53,168 nt of DNA from Polyangiaceae bacterium. GTDB taxonomy: Bacteria > Myxococcota_A > Polyangia > Polyangiales > Polyangiaceae. The position numbers were made by a program, and so were the translations under genes. The stretch spans positions 1 to 53,168 of the forward strand of contig DATGJA010000433.1 in NCBI GenBank assembly GCA_035295445.1. The letters run 5' to 3'. Numbering within the stretch: position 1 is the stretch's first letter; each line of letters starts with the position of its first letter. Of the stretch, positions 20,724 through 29,866 are shown in pieces. The notes below the pieces were generated by a model, which saw nothing but the letters and a program-made list of their open reading frames with translations, was not told the DNA's origin and did not search any database.

Positions 20724-21827
20724 TTATCGACCGCTGATCTGACCGCTTACAACCTCGAAATCGCGCCGGGCCTCCACGCCCGAAGGGGTGCGGGTGACGA
20801 TCAACTCAGGCCGTGTCGTCGTCATCAGCACCTGGCACGATTGCTCCGACAGCGCGGAGAACAGCGCCGCCGTTCGCTCGCGATCGAGCTCGCTCGATAC
20901 ATCGTCGAGAAGAAGGAGCGGGCGCAACCCGCGAGCAGCCGTCACAACTTCGATCTCGGCGAGCTTCAGCGCGAGCACGACGGCGCGGTGTTGGCCTTGC
21001 GAGGCCATGGCACGCACGGACTTCTGGGAGAGTTCGAGCGCCACGTCGTCCCGGTGCGGACCTATAGACGCCGACCCGCGCGCGCGATCCTTTCGCCGGC
21101 GCCGGGCGAGCTCGGCGCGAAACTCGCTCGCCAGGACGGGACTGCTCCGTTCGTACCGTCCCGTGAGGACGGTACCGACCGGACCGATCCGCTCGAAGGC
21201 GCCCGCCGCCGCGGCCAGCAAGACCTCTGCCGCTTCAGCGCGGGCGTTGCTCAGGGCCGTCCCGTGCTCAGCGGCGATCTCCTCCCACCCGTCCAAATCG
21301 CGCTCGTTCTCCCCGCGGACATCCAGCACCCGCTGGCGGGCGCGCATGGCCTTTGTGTACGCGTCGGAGGCACCGAGGACAGCCGCCGACCGATAGAGCG
21401 CCACACGGTCGAGCAGCTTGCGCCGTTCGCTGCCCCCTCCCGCAGTTAGCGTCAGCGCGCCCGGATGAAACACGACGGCGGGGGTCCGCAAAGCGTATGC
21501 GGCGAGCGTCGCCGGGCGCTTGCCGTCGATCCGCGCGGAACGCACGCCTCTCCGGAGCGCGACCACTTGTTCGCGCGCGGCCCCGTCTTCGCGCACGCGC
21601 CCTCGGATTGTCGCGTCCTCCGCGCCGTTCCGCACGAGCTCCGAGAGCCTCGGCGTGCGAAAGCTGCGCGAGGTCGCGAGAACGTACATCGCCTCGAGCA
21701 GGTTCGTCTTGCCTTGTCCGTTCGCCCCCGAAAAGACGTTGAGGCCCGACCCTAGCTCGAGGTCCACCGCGACGAAGTTCCGGAAACCGCGGACGACGAG
21801 CGCTTCGACGGCGAGCGACCGGAGCAC
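20724..21827 (-). CDS. recF: DNA replication and repair protein RecF
   Basis: FRNF...LNVFSGANGQGKTNLLEAMYVL P-loop, a GPHRDD motif and LLLDDVSSELD Walker B. Confidence 0.93.
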   Translation of the reverse strand: MLRSLAVEALVVRGFRNFVAVDLELGSGLNVFSGANGQGKTNLLEAMYVLATSRSFRTPRLSELVRNGAEDATIRGRVREDGAAREQVVALRRGVRSARIDGKRPATLAAYALRTPAVVFHPGALTLTAGGGSERRKLLDRVALYRSAAVLGASDAYTKAMRARQRVLDVRGENERDLDGWEEIAAEHGTALSNARAEAAEVLLAAAAGAFERIGPVGTVLTGRYERSSPVLASEFRAELARRRRKDRARGSASIGPHRDDVALELSQKSVRAMASQGQHRAVVLALKLAEIEVVTAARGLRPLLLLDDVSSELDRERTAALFSALSEQSCQVLMTTTRPELIVTRTPSGVEARRDFEVVSGQISGR

Positions 21828-21857
21828 GGCGAAGACCGCTGCCTGGGACGTCCCAGG

Positions 21858-23009
21858 TCAGATGCGCATGGGCATCACGACCGCGAGAAACTGGCGCGCG
21901 CCCACCGGCTTGACGACCGCCGGATCGAGCTCTCCTCCGAGGCCGAGCTCCACCTCGTCGTCGTCGAGCGCACCCAGCACGTCGAGGAAGTACTTCGCGT
22001 TGAAGCCGATTGTGATGTTCGGACCGCCGTACTCGACCGCGAGCTCGTCGAAGCCCTCACCGCTCTCGGGCGACTCGGTCGTAATCCGCATGGTTCCCTT
22101 GGTGAACGAAAGCTTGACCCCGCCCGTCCGTTCGCTGGCGGCGACCGACACCGCGCGAAGCGCGTCCGCGAACGGGGCCCGAGGCGCACGAACGAGCTTC
22201 TCGCTCTGCTGCGGGATCACCTGGGAGTACGGGGGGAACTGCGCGTCTACGAGCCTTACGGCAAAGGTCATCCCCGCGCCCTGGAAGAACGCGCTCGAGC
22301 CGCTCTGCGTGATCTGAAGCTGCGCCTTGGCCGCCGCACCGTCCGCGCCGCGCTCCTTCCCGTCGCTGACGATGTCGTCGCACAAGCGACGGAGCTCGTG
22401 GATGGCCTTGAGCGGGATGAGCATCGTCGCCGAGGCCTGGCGCCCGCTGACTTTGACCTCCATCTTGGATAGCCGATGCCCGTCGGTCGTCACCATGCGG
22501 GTCACGTCACCGTCCCACTCGAACAGGGCGGAGTTCAGGTGCGGACGCGTCTCGTCCCCCGAGATCGAAAAATACGTCTTGGCAACGAGTTCCTGCAAGA
22601 CATCGACATCCAGCGCCAGTGAGGGCGAACCCTCTGCTGGGGTCGGAAGCGGCGGGAAATCCTCTCCCGGCATCCCGCGAAGGGTGTATCTACGCGCGCT
22701 CCCTGCCGCCTTGATGGTCGTCGTCGCGTTGTCGTGCGTCGCCAGGTGGATCGGCCCGTCCGGCATCATCCGAACCCGCTCGAGCAGGTCTTTCGCGGAT
22801 ACCGCGATGCTGCCCCCCTTGCTGACGTCGACGGTCACCCGTCCGACGAGCGCCAGGTACAGATCCGTCGCGGCCACTCGGAGTGTGCTCGGGCCGTCGA
22901 CCGCCAGAAAGACATTCGACAACACGGGCATCGTGCTCTTGCGTTCGGCAACCCCCTGCATGCGGGACACCAACTTCAGGAGCTCTTTCTTGGGTACGGT
23001 GAGTTCCAT
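21858..23009 (-). CDS. dnaN: DNA polymerase III beta sliding clamp
   Basis: 383 aa with MELTVPKKELLKLVSRMQGVAERKSTMPVLSNVFL at the N-terminus. Typical length, and the position upstream of recF-gyrB fits. Confidence 0.93.
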   Translation of the reverse strand: MELTVPKKELLKLVSRMQGVAERKSTMPVLSNVFLAVDGPSTLRVAATDLYLALVGRVTVDVSKGGSIAVSAKDLLERVRMMPDGPIHLATHDNATTTIKAAGSARRYTLRGMPGEDFPPLPTPAEGSPSLALDVDVLQELVAKTYFSISGDETRPHLNSALFEWDGDVTRMVTTDGHRLSKMEVKVSGRQASATMLIPLKAIHELRRLCDDIVSDGKERGADGAAAKAQLQITQSGSSAFFQGAGMTFAVRLVDAQFPPYSQVIPQQSEKLVRAPRAPFADALRAVSVAASERTGGVKLSFTKGTMRITTESPESGEGFDELAVEYGGPNITIGFNAKYFLDVLGALDDDEVELGLGGELDPAVVKPVGARQFLAVVMPMRI

Positions 23010-23261
23010 CGGAACCTATCTCGAGTGCATCCTTAGATGAGATCTGTAGCAGTGTCGATAGAGCCTGGGGACGGCGGGGAAAAACCGAAAAGGTCTGGCC
23101 TCTCGCGATGCTGCGCTCTACGTCGGCGGTGGGAATCTCCGTGGACCGCGCGTGGGCAGCAGTGGGCTTTCCGCTTTGGCTCCCGTCCCACCGTCGTCCT
23201 CCCACGTCATCCCCCCCCGTCCCGCCCAGCGTGTTGCCACGTTACCCACAGGGGGAACGGC

Positions 23262-24629
23262 CTAACTTTTCAGCAGCGTTCGAGCGATGGCGTCGAGAAG
23301 CTCCCGGCGCACCCGGCCGTACGTCTTCGGACCTACATCGCCACTGGCGTGGGCACGCTCGAGGTCAGCCAGGTCCTCGAGCAATCGCGCTCGCTGAGCC
23401 TTTGCGTCCTTCGGGTCGAGTCGCCCGGTGTCCTTCTGGCCCGCCGCCGCGAAGGCGAAGGCGAGTCCGACCAGGACTCCGAGCCCCGCCAACACGCTGG
23501 CGATGGACCTGCCCGGGCCGGGCGTCGGCAGGTCGTGGAGGTTCACGACGAAGCTGGTGAGTGGCTTGTCGTCCGGCCTCAGGTGGCGCTCGGTTACGAG
23601 GAAGCTTTGGCCCTGCCCGTCGCGGCGGACCTCGGCCGCAGGGAAGCCGTCCACGTCGAGCTTGATCTGGGACGTCGCCGGCATCATCACCCGGGCGATG
23701 GCCACGTGCGGGGGGACTCCCGCGGTAAAGCTCAAGTCCGGGTCGTCGTGCAAGGGGAGCTGATATCGGAACTCCACCGCGTGTCGGCCGGGCGGGTACG
23801 TGCCCCGGAGTTTGCCGTCTTTGCCGCTCTGGTCGACTCCTTGATCGCTCATCGATGCCTGCGCGGTGAAGGCTGTGAATCCGTCGGGCAACGGGATGCG
23901 AACGTCGTCCGGCTGCCATGCTGTACGGCCAAGGTTGTAGACGTTGAGCGCCTCCTCGATCTGCATGCGATCGTCCTTGAGATCTGCAGCGACGGTCGCC
24001 TCACACACAATCAACGCTAGCCGTAGGTCGCGGACGACATGGTAGACGTGCAGGATCACGCGCATCGCGTGCACTTGCTGCAGCTGGAACGGCGCGGCGG
24101 CGAAAAGGCCGCCGTCGTATCCGGAGCTCACCCGATACGCGGTGCTGCTGGTGCTCGTATCGAGGCCGCCGAAAACGGCACGCCCGTCGTCGCCCGTCGT
24201 CGTCTGAACATGGCGCCGGCTGTCGCCCTTGGCCACGGAGTTGACGAGAATCCCGAGCGTCACGGCCTCGCGGGGGACGGGCCGATCGTCGGCGTCGCGC
24301 AAGTCGACCTCGATCGTACCCGGGGCGAGCGAGGGGTCCGGCTGTTCCGTGTCTTCCGGCGGCTGAAAGACCCCGGGCATGCCTTGACCCGACGCGGGGT
24401 GTGCATGCGGGCTGGCGCCTTCCACGGGAGGATGCCCGGGCGGCATCTCGTCGTCTTCGTCGTCGTCCCCGGCCGTCCCCGCCGCGGCAGGCCTGGGTGC
24501 GCTCGAAGGCGGGGGCTGCGTCCTGCCGCCCGCGTCCTCGGCCTCGGCGCGGGCACCCCCACCGAACAGCGCGCCGGCGCAGCACGCCAGCGCGGCGGCC
24601 CAGCGCGCCCGTCCGTCAGCCCACCGCAT
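23262..24629 (-). CDS. exported protein with C-terminal TM anchor, function unknown
   Basis: Signal peptide (AAALACCAGALFGGGARA). Acidic and His/Met/Pro-rich stretch DDDEDDEMPPGHPPVEGASPHAHPASGQGMPG. A beta-sandwich-like segment (TIEVDLRDADDRPVPREAVTLGIL...TTGDDGRAVFGGL). A late TM helix (SIASVLAGLGVLVGLAFAFAAA) and a helical tail. The start overlaps the upstream gene by 14 nt. Confidence 0.7.
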   Translation of the reverse strand: MRWADGRARWAAALACCAGALFGGGARAEAEDAGGRTQPPPSSAPRPAAAGTAGDDDEDDEMPPGHPPVEGASPHAHPASGQGMPGVFQPPEDTEQPDPSLAPGTIEVDLRDADDRPVPREAVTLGILVNSVAKGDSRRHVQTTTGDDGRAVFGGLDTSTSSTAYRVSSGYDGGLFAAAPFQLQQVHAMRVILHVYHVVRDLRLALIVCEATVAADLKDDRMQIEEALNVYNLGRTAWQPDDVRIPLPDGFTAFTAQASMSDQGVDQSGKDGKLRGTYPPGRHAVEFRYQLPLHDDPDLSFTAGVPPHVAIARVMMPATSQIKLDVDGFPAAEVRRDGQGQSFLVTERHLRPDDKPLTSFVVNLHDLPTPGPGRSIASVLAGLGVLVGLAFAFAAAGQKDTGRLDPKDAKAQRARLLEDLADLERAHASGDVGPKTYGRVRRELLDAIARTLLKS

Positions 24630-25302
24630 GGTCCGCCGCAGTCTTCGTCAGCGCCGCGCCACACCGTTTGCAAAAGGCCGCGTCCGACTCGTTCGACGTC
24701 CCGCAGCCCGCGCAGGCCACGCGGCCCGCGTCCTGCGCGGCCTCATTTGCCTCGCTCGGCGACGACGAATCCGCTAGCCCTCGAGCTTCGAGGTACTTCT
24801 GGGCGATCCGCTCCGCTTCGCCGCGTAAAGGCTCGACTTCGACATCCATCTGGCGCATGACCTCTTTTGCCTCGTCGCGATACCGAGCGACGACCGCCTC
24901 GTAGTCGGCGTCGTCGATTTTGCCGATCGCGTGCTCGGCCTCGAGATCCTTGAGCGCGCGAAGGACGCGGCGCTTGCGTTCCGCGAGCGCGTTCGTGCCG
25001 ACGCGCTGCACGGCCGAGGCTTCCATGTCCACCGGCAGCGGCGCGTCGCCGCTCAGCGTGCGAACGCTTGCCCAGAGAAGCGAGATCGTCCCGAGGAGCG
25101 TCACCGCAGCCAAGACGAGGAGCGCCGGACCCATGCTCGCCCGTAGACCAACGATGACCGCCGATGCGACGCCCGCGACGGGAAGGCCGATGGCCACCGC
25201 CCGCCCGAGCGCCCGCTCCGCGTCGTCGCCCTCCCTCACGCGTGCCCGCTTCCGAGCCGAGGATCCGTCCGCGCCGTCCTTTCGACGCGTGCGATCACTC
25301 AT
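24616..25302 (-). CDS. two-TM membrane protein with C-terminal zinc ribbon
   Basis: Two hydrophobic helices and a helical segment RVLRALKDLEAEHAIGKIDDADYEAV. The C-terminus carries CAGC-N10-CKRC. The ATG (25300-25302) overlaps the ccmF/H stop (25295-25297). Confidence 0.7.
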   Translation of the reverse strand: MSDRTRRKDGADGSSARKRARVREGDDAERALGRAVAIGLPVAGVASAVIVGLRASMGPALLVLAAVTLLGTISLLWASVRTLSGDAPLPVDMEASAVQRVGTNALAERKRRVLRALKDLEAEHAIGKIDDADYEAVVARYRDEAKEVMRQMDVEVEPLRGEAERIAQKYLEARGLADSSSPSEANEAAQDAGRVACAGCGTSNESDAAFCKRCGAALTKTAADHAVG

Positions 25303-28150
25303 CGAGGTCCTTGAGCTCCTCGTCCAGTCGCGCGTCGTAGGCGTCTCGGGAAGCGGGCCGGGGCTCCGCTCGCGGCGGCGCTGGGGCCTCTTCGCTGCCG
25401 GTCCCCTCTCGCCAGCGTTTCACCAGCCACGCCACCCCGAACGCGCCGAGCCCGATGCCGGCCATCGGCACCGCCCAGATCGCCCGCAGCGCACCCCGGT
25501 TGGGCGGGACGGCGAGGGCATTGTCACCGAACTCCGCGGCATACTCCGCGACGATCTGGTCGCGCGCCTCGCCCGCCTTCAGCTTGGCTCGGATGTTGTC
25601 GCGCGCCTCGGACGCCGTTTCGCACGTGCACGTCGAAAGCAGGTCCCGCGCACACTGACCGCACATGCACCGGAGCGACCCGAAGACGGCGCGCTCCGTG
25701 TCGTTTTCGATGTGGACCGTGCCGGTCCCGGGCATCGTCTGTGCGTGCGCCGCGGGCGTCGCGCCGAGCATGATCCCGAGGAGCACGCTCGCCGCCGTGG
25801 CGGCGACTCCCCGCGCGCCGGCCCACACACGCGACTCCCCGAGCTCGACCTGTGGCCACATCGAGACGATGCTCCCCGCGATGAGGATCACGCACCCGAA
25901 CCATATCCACGACACGAGCGGGTTGATGTGGACTTGGAACGCCGCGAGGTTCTTGTTTCCGGGGTTGATGGAGCCGACGATGACGTAGACGTCGTCGCGA
26001 AAGCCGTGCGAGATCGCCACCTCGGTGGTGGGCGAATCGGGCTGCTTCTTGTAGATGAATTTCCCGGGCGTGAGGTGCGCCACGTGCTTCTCGCCCTTGG
26101 AGACCTCGAGGTCGGCGAAGACCATTCGTTTCGCGTCGTCGACCTCCATCCGCGCTCCCGTATAGGTGAGCTGGTAGTCTCCGACGGAGTAGCTCTGCCC
26201 CGGATAGAGCGACGCTTCTCGATCGAGGTTCCAGGATTGTCCTGTGAAGCCGACGAACATCGCCACGATGCCAAGGTGCACGATGTACCCACCGTAGCGG
26301 CGCCGGGACTGAGGCGAGAGCGACACCAGGGTATGAACGAAGCCGGGTAGCCCGCCGAGCCACCACAGAATGCGCGGGGTTAAGCTCGCCGCCGCGGTGC
26401 GCGCGCGCGAACGGAAGAGCAGGACGAACTCTTGCGCGATCACGGCGGCGTTGAAGATGCATAGCGAGAACCCCATGACGGGCATGAAGGCGTTGAAAGC
26501 CCGCAGCGCCGAGCCGAGCGCGCCGGGATAGATGGCGTCGCTCCAGACCACCGCAGGGAAGCCGAGCAGCGCGCGTCCCAGGGCGAAGTGCAGTGCCGCG
26601 CCCGTCCCCATGGCCAGGAGCGGCGCCCGGAACGCCCGGCGGAGCGCCTGGGGGCTCGTCTTCTTCCAGCCGAACAACGTGCCGATCCCCATGAGAGCCA
26701 GAAGCACGAGGCCCAGGGGTTGGACCCACGCCTTGTAGAAGGGCGGTCCAACGGTGACCTTTTCGCCCGTGAGCGCCTCGCTGATGAGCGGGAACGTCGT
26801 GGCGACGAGGATGAAGAGCAGCAGGCTGCAAAGGACCCAATTGTTGAGAACGAAGGTGAACTCGCGCGAAAGGATGGACTCGATCTTCGGCCTGCGGGTC
26901 TGCAGGTCCATTCCGGCCGTCATGCGGCGGAACACGATCTCGAGCGCCACGAAGACCGCGGCGCCCGCGACGAGCGCGATCGACAGGACCCGCCACCCGA
27001 CCGGAAGCGACAAGCGCCAGATCGACAAGAGGCCCGGGGCGCATACGCCGATGACGAGCCAGCCTGCTGCGAGCGCCGCCCAACGCAAGCGCGGGGTAGG
27101 CTTCAGATCGCGAAGCTCGGGCCAGCGCCAGAGGACCAGCGTCGTCGCGAACGACACGACGAGCAGTAGGAAGCCGACGAAGTAGTTGCCGATCGAAGAC
27201 TGAGCGAACGCGTGGACGCTAGCGATCATCCCCGATCGGGTGAGAAACGTGCCGAAGATGGTGAGAAAGAACGTGAGGCCGATGAGAAAGACGTTCCAAA
27301 CCTTGAGAAGGCCCCGCCGCTCTTGAATCATGACCGAGTGCACGTACGCGCTGGCCGTCAGAAAGGGCATGAAAGCCGCATTCTCGACCGGGTCCCACCC
27401 CCAGTAGCCGCCCCAGCCGAGTGACTCGTAGGCCCAAAGCATCCCGAGGGTGTTGCCGATACCCAGGAACATCCACGCGAAGAGCGTCCACTTGCGGCTG
27501 GCGACGATCCACTCGTGGTCGAGCCGACCGGTCGCCAGGGCCGCGACGCCGAACGCGAACGGCACCGAGCAGCCGACGAAGCCCGTGTAGAGGCACGGCG
27601 GGTGGATGACCATCCAGTAATTCTGGAGGGCCGGATTGAGGCCGTCCCCGTCCGCGCGCGCGCCCCCCGCGCTCGTCGCGAAGGGGTTCGCCGAGAAGGC
27701 CATGAGCACGCAGAAGAAGAGGACTACGGCCATCAGCGTCGCGATGACGTAGGGCTGAAGCTCGAGGTATCGATGACCGAGCCACCGGACGCAGACGCCG
27801 ATGTACGCGCTCAGCAGGAAAAGCCACCACAAGAGCGAACCGTCCTGCCCGCCCCACAGGGCCGTGAGCAGGTAGTGCAGGGGCATCGACCTGTCCGAGT
27901 AGTGGCTGACGTATCGAATCCGGAAGTCATGGGTGACAAACGCGTAGGCGAGGCACAAGACGGCGACGCCGATGAGCGCGACGGTTCCGTAAGCGCCGAA
28001 TCGGGCGGCCTGAAGTGTGCGCGGTCGACCATTTTTGCCCGCGGCGAGGGCGACCGCGAACGTGTAGCTGGCGACGACCATCGCTCCCAGGAGCAGGGTG
28101 GTGCAGAAGGCCGGGAACGTGCTGCCGAAGAGGTGGAGCAAGATGGTCAT
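25295..28150 (-). CDS. ccmF: cytochrome c maturation heme lyase CcmF fused to a CcmH-like module
   Basis: 951 aa and polytopic. It has the WWD motif WGGYWGWDPVENAAFMPFL. The C-terminal ~150 aa carry the CcmH-like thiol motif LRCMCGQC followed by a TM helix (AIWAVPMAGIGLGAFGVAWLV). GAGGAG lies 8 nt upstream of the ATG. Confidence 0.88.
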   Translation of the reverse strand: MTILLHLFGSTFPAFCTTLLLGAMVVASYTFAVALAAGKNGRPRTLQAARFGAYGTVALIGVAVLCLAYAFVTHDFRIRYVSHYSDRSMPLHYLLTALWGGQDGSLLWWLFLLSAYIGVCVRWLGHRYLELQPYVIATLMAVVLFFCVLMAFSANPFATSAGGARADGDGLNPALQNYWMVIHPPCLYTGFVGCSVPFAFGVAALATGRLDHEWIVASRKWTLFAWMFLGIGNTLGMLWAYESLGWGGYWGWDPVENAAFMPFLTASAYVHSVMIQERRGLLKVWNVFLIGLTFFLTIFGTFLTRSGMIASVHAFAQSSIGNYFVGFLLLVVSFATTLVLWRWPELRDLKPTPRLRWAALAAGWLVIGVCAPGLLSIWRLSLPVGWRVLSIALVAGAAVFVALEIVFRRMTAGMDLQTRRPKIESILSREFTFVLNNWVLCSLLLFILVATTFPLISEALTGEKVTVGPPFYKAWVQPLGLVLLALMGIGTLFGWKKTSPQALRRAFRAPLLAMGTGAALHFALGRALLGFPAVVWSDAIYPGALGSALRAFNAFMPVMGFSLCIFNAAVIAQEFVLLFRSRARTAAASLTPRILWWLGGLPGFVHTLVSLSPQSRRRYGGYIVHLGIVAMFVGFTGQSWNLDREASLYPGQSYSVGDYQLTYTGARMEVDDAKRMVFADLEVSKGEKHVAHLTPGKFIYKKQPDSPTTEVAISHGFRDDVYVIVGSINPGNKNLAAFQVHINPLVSWIWFGCVILIAGSIVSMWPQVELGESRVWAGARGVAATAASVLLGIMLGATPAAHAQTMPGTGTVHIENDTERAVFGSLRCMCGQCARDLLSTCTCETASEARDNIRAKLKAGEARDQIVAEYAAEFGDNALAVPPNRGALRAIWAVPMAGIGLGAFGVAWLVKRWREGTGSEEAPAPPRAEPRPASRDAYDARLDEELKDLDE

Positions 28151-28231
28151 GACGTTCGCTCCTCGAGGCGCCGGACCGGCACCGAGTCTCGCGGCGCAGT
28201 GTAGCAGCGCATCCTCCCGAGCATAGCTGCG

Positions 28232-29314
28232 TCAGCGCTCGGCCAGCGCGGCGCTCAGCCGGGACAGGCCCTCGGAAAGCTTGTCGCGGGGAGCCGACCA
28301 TGCAAGGCGGAACCCGTTGGGCACTCCGAAGAACGAGCCGGCGGCCACCAGCACCTCATGCTCGTGGGCTGCCGACTCGATGGTGGCGGTCAGGTCCCCT
28401 CTGCCCGCCAAAGTGACGAGCGCGAAGAGGCCCTCTTCCGGCGCGCTCCAGCCGAAGCCATTTTCGGCGACCCAGCGGGCGACGAGGTCGCGCTTTCCGT
28501 CAAGGTGAGTGCGACTCTTGGCCGCCAGAGTCTGGATCGCGTGGAACGTCCTACATGCCTGCTGAGCGTGCGAAAGCGGAAGAGCTCCGCACGCTGCGGT
28601 CATGGTGTGCTCGGCGTTCGCGACGACGTCCGCCGGCGCCAGCATCCACCCGATGCGATGGGGTCCGAGGCCGTAGCACTTGGTCAAGCTGGAGACGGCG
28701 ACGACGTTGACGGCGAGCCGGCGCGCGCTCCCTTCGAACACGCCGCGTTCGTCCACGAGTGCGTCGAACTCCGCGTAGACCTCGTCGACCAGCAGCCACG
28801 CGCCGGTCCGCGCGGCGAGCTTGGCCAGCTCGCGAAGCGTGGAATCGTCGGTGCGCACGCCCGACGGGTTGTGCAGGTTCGTCACCACGATCAGGCGGGT
28901 GCGCGGGGTCAGGGCCGCGGCCACCCGCTCCGGGTCCACGCGAAATCGGTCGGCCGCGACGCGCTCGAACGTCGTGACCCGCGCCCCGACTCCCTCTGCG
29001 ATCCGGGTGAGCGGCTCGTAACCGGGCGCTTCGACGAGGATGTCGTCTCCCGGCCCGGTCATCGTCGCGCAAGCCAGCCAGTATGCCTGCGTCGTCCCCA
29101 GCGTCGCGATCGCTTCGGCGACCGGGACCGCGTTGTGGGCGGCAATCGCCCCCCGGAGAAGATCCTGTCTGCGCAGGTCCCCCGCGTCGGCGTCCTCTGC
29201 TGCGCCGGGCAGCTCGCCGACCATGACGGTGGGCATCCCGCTGGTCGCCAGGTCGAACGCGACCTTGCCGTAGCGGCGTCGTGCCCACTCCAGGTAGCGC
29301 GATGGCGCGTACAT
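28232..29314 (-). CDS. class I/II PLP-dependent aminotransferase
   Basis: 360 aa. NLHNPSG-type motif (VTNLHNPSGV), LLVDEVYAEF and the PLP-Lys motif SSLTKCYGLGPHRIGW. Confidence 0.8.
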   Translation of the reverse strand: MYAPSRYLEWARRRYGKVAFDLATSGMPTVMVGELPGAAEDADAGDLRRQDLLRGAIAAHNAVPVAEAIATLGTTQAYWLACATMTGPGDDILVEAPGYEPLTRIAEGVGARVTTFERVAADRFRVDPERVAAALTPRTRLIVVTNLHNPSGVRTDDSTLRELAKLAARTGAWLLVDEVYAEFDALVDERGVFEGSARRLAVNVVAVSSLTKCYGLGPHRIGWMLAPADVVANAEHTMTAACGALPLSHAQQACRTFHAIQTLAAKSRTHLDGKRDLVARWVAENGFGWSAPEEGLFALVTLAGRGDLTATIESAAHEHEVLVAAGSFFGVPNGFRLAWSAPRDKLSEGLSRLSAALAER

Positions 29315-29866
29315 TCAGGGGCCCGGGTCGTTGGCGCCCGCCGCGTTCAGGCTGAACTTGGCCAAGCGGACGGCGCCGGCCAGGCCGGGCGAGGCGCTGA
29401 TCGTCCCCTCGCCGGTGGAGTCGGCCATCGAGCCCTGGAGGGTTCCCGCGTACCCGCGCTCGCGGTCGCTCGGCGAGAGCGTGGCGGTCAACCGGCGGTC
29501 GGTCACGAGGCCGTCGAGGGTCGCGGGGCCGAGGGGGCCGCTCAACGTTCCGTGCAGCCGCCCTCCGGAATCGACGACGAAGTCGAGATCGCCCTGCCCG
29601 ACGCCCGCGCCGTCATCGTCTACTTTCCAGTGAACTCCTTTCCAGTCGCTCGGGATGTAGAGCGTCGCGGCGGTGCTCGCGTATTTCCCGTGCCACGCGA
29701 GTCTCGGAGGCGTGGCGCTGGTAGTGGTGGCGGGCGCGGGCTCGCGCGCGGTCAGTCCGGCGTCGCCCGCGGGGGACGATGGGGCAGCATCGTGCGCCGT
29801 CGTGCCCGACGATCGACCGCAAGCGCACGCCATCGCGATCAATCCGCCGGCCGCCACCAGCTTCAT
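29315..29866 (-). CDS. lipoprotein, function unknown
   Basis: MKLVAAGGLIAMACACG signal peptide with a lipobox. Its ATG overlaps the upstream stop (ATGA at 29863-29866), and its stop abuts the aminotransferase start. Confidence 0.65.
   Translation of the reverse strand: MKLVAAGGLIAMACACGRSSGTTAHDAAPSSPAGDAGLTAREPAPATTTSATPPRLAWHGKYASTAATLYIPSDWKGVHWKVDDDGAGVGQGDLDFVVDSGGRLHGTLSGPLGPATLDGLVTDRRLTATLSPSDRERGYAGTLQGSMADSTGEGTISASPGLAGAVRLAKFSLNAAGANDPGP

Noticed and set aside
23010-23261. Possible oriC next to dnaN.
   Set aside because: There is only one 8-of-9 DnaA-box match, no box cluster, no clear DNA-unwinding element, and dnaA is absent. It is kept as a low-score finding but not annotated as an origin.
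28154-28175. Possible extra copy of the TCGCTT...GCGGACT repeat (ttcgctcctcgaggcgccggac).
   Set aside because: It matches only the TCGCT, CTCGAG and CGGAC blocks, with an indel. It also overlaps the ccmF ribosome-binding site (rc GAGGAG), so chance similarity cannot be excluded. It is mentioned in the repeat finding but not annotated.
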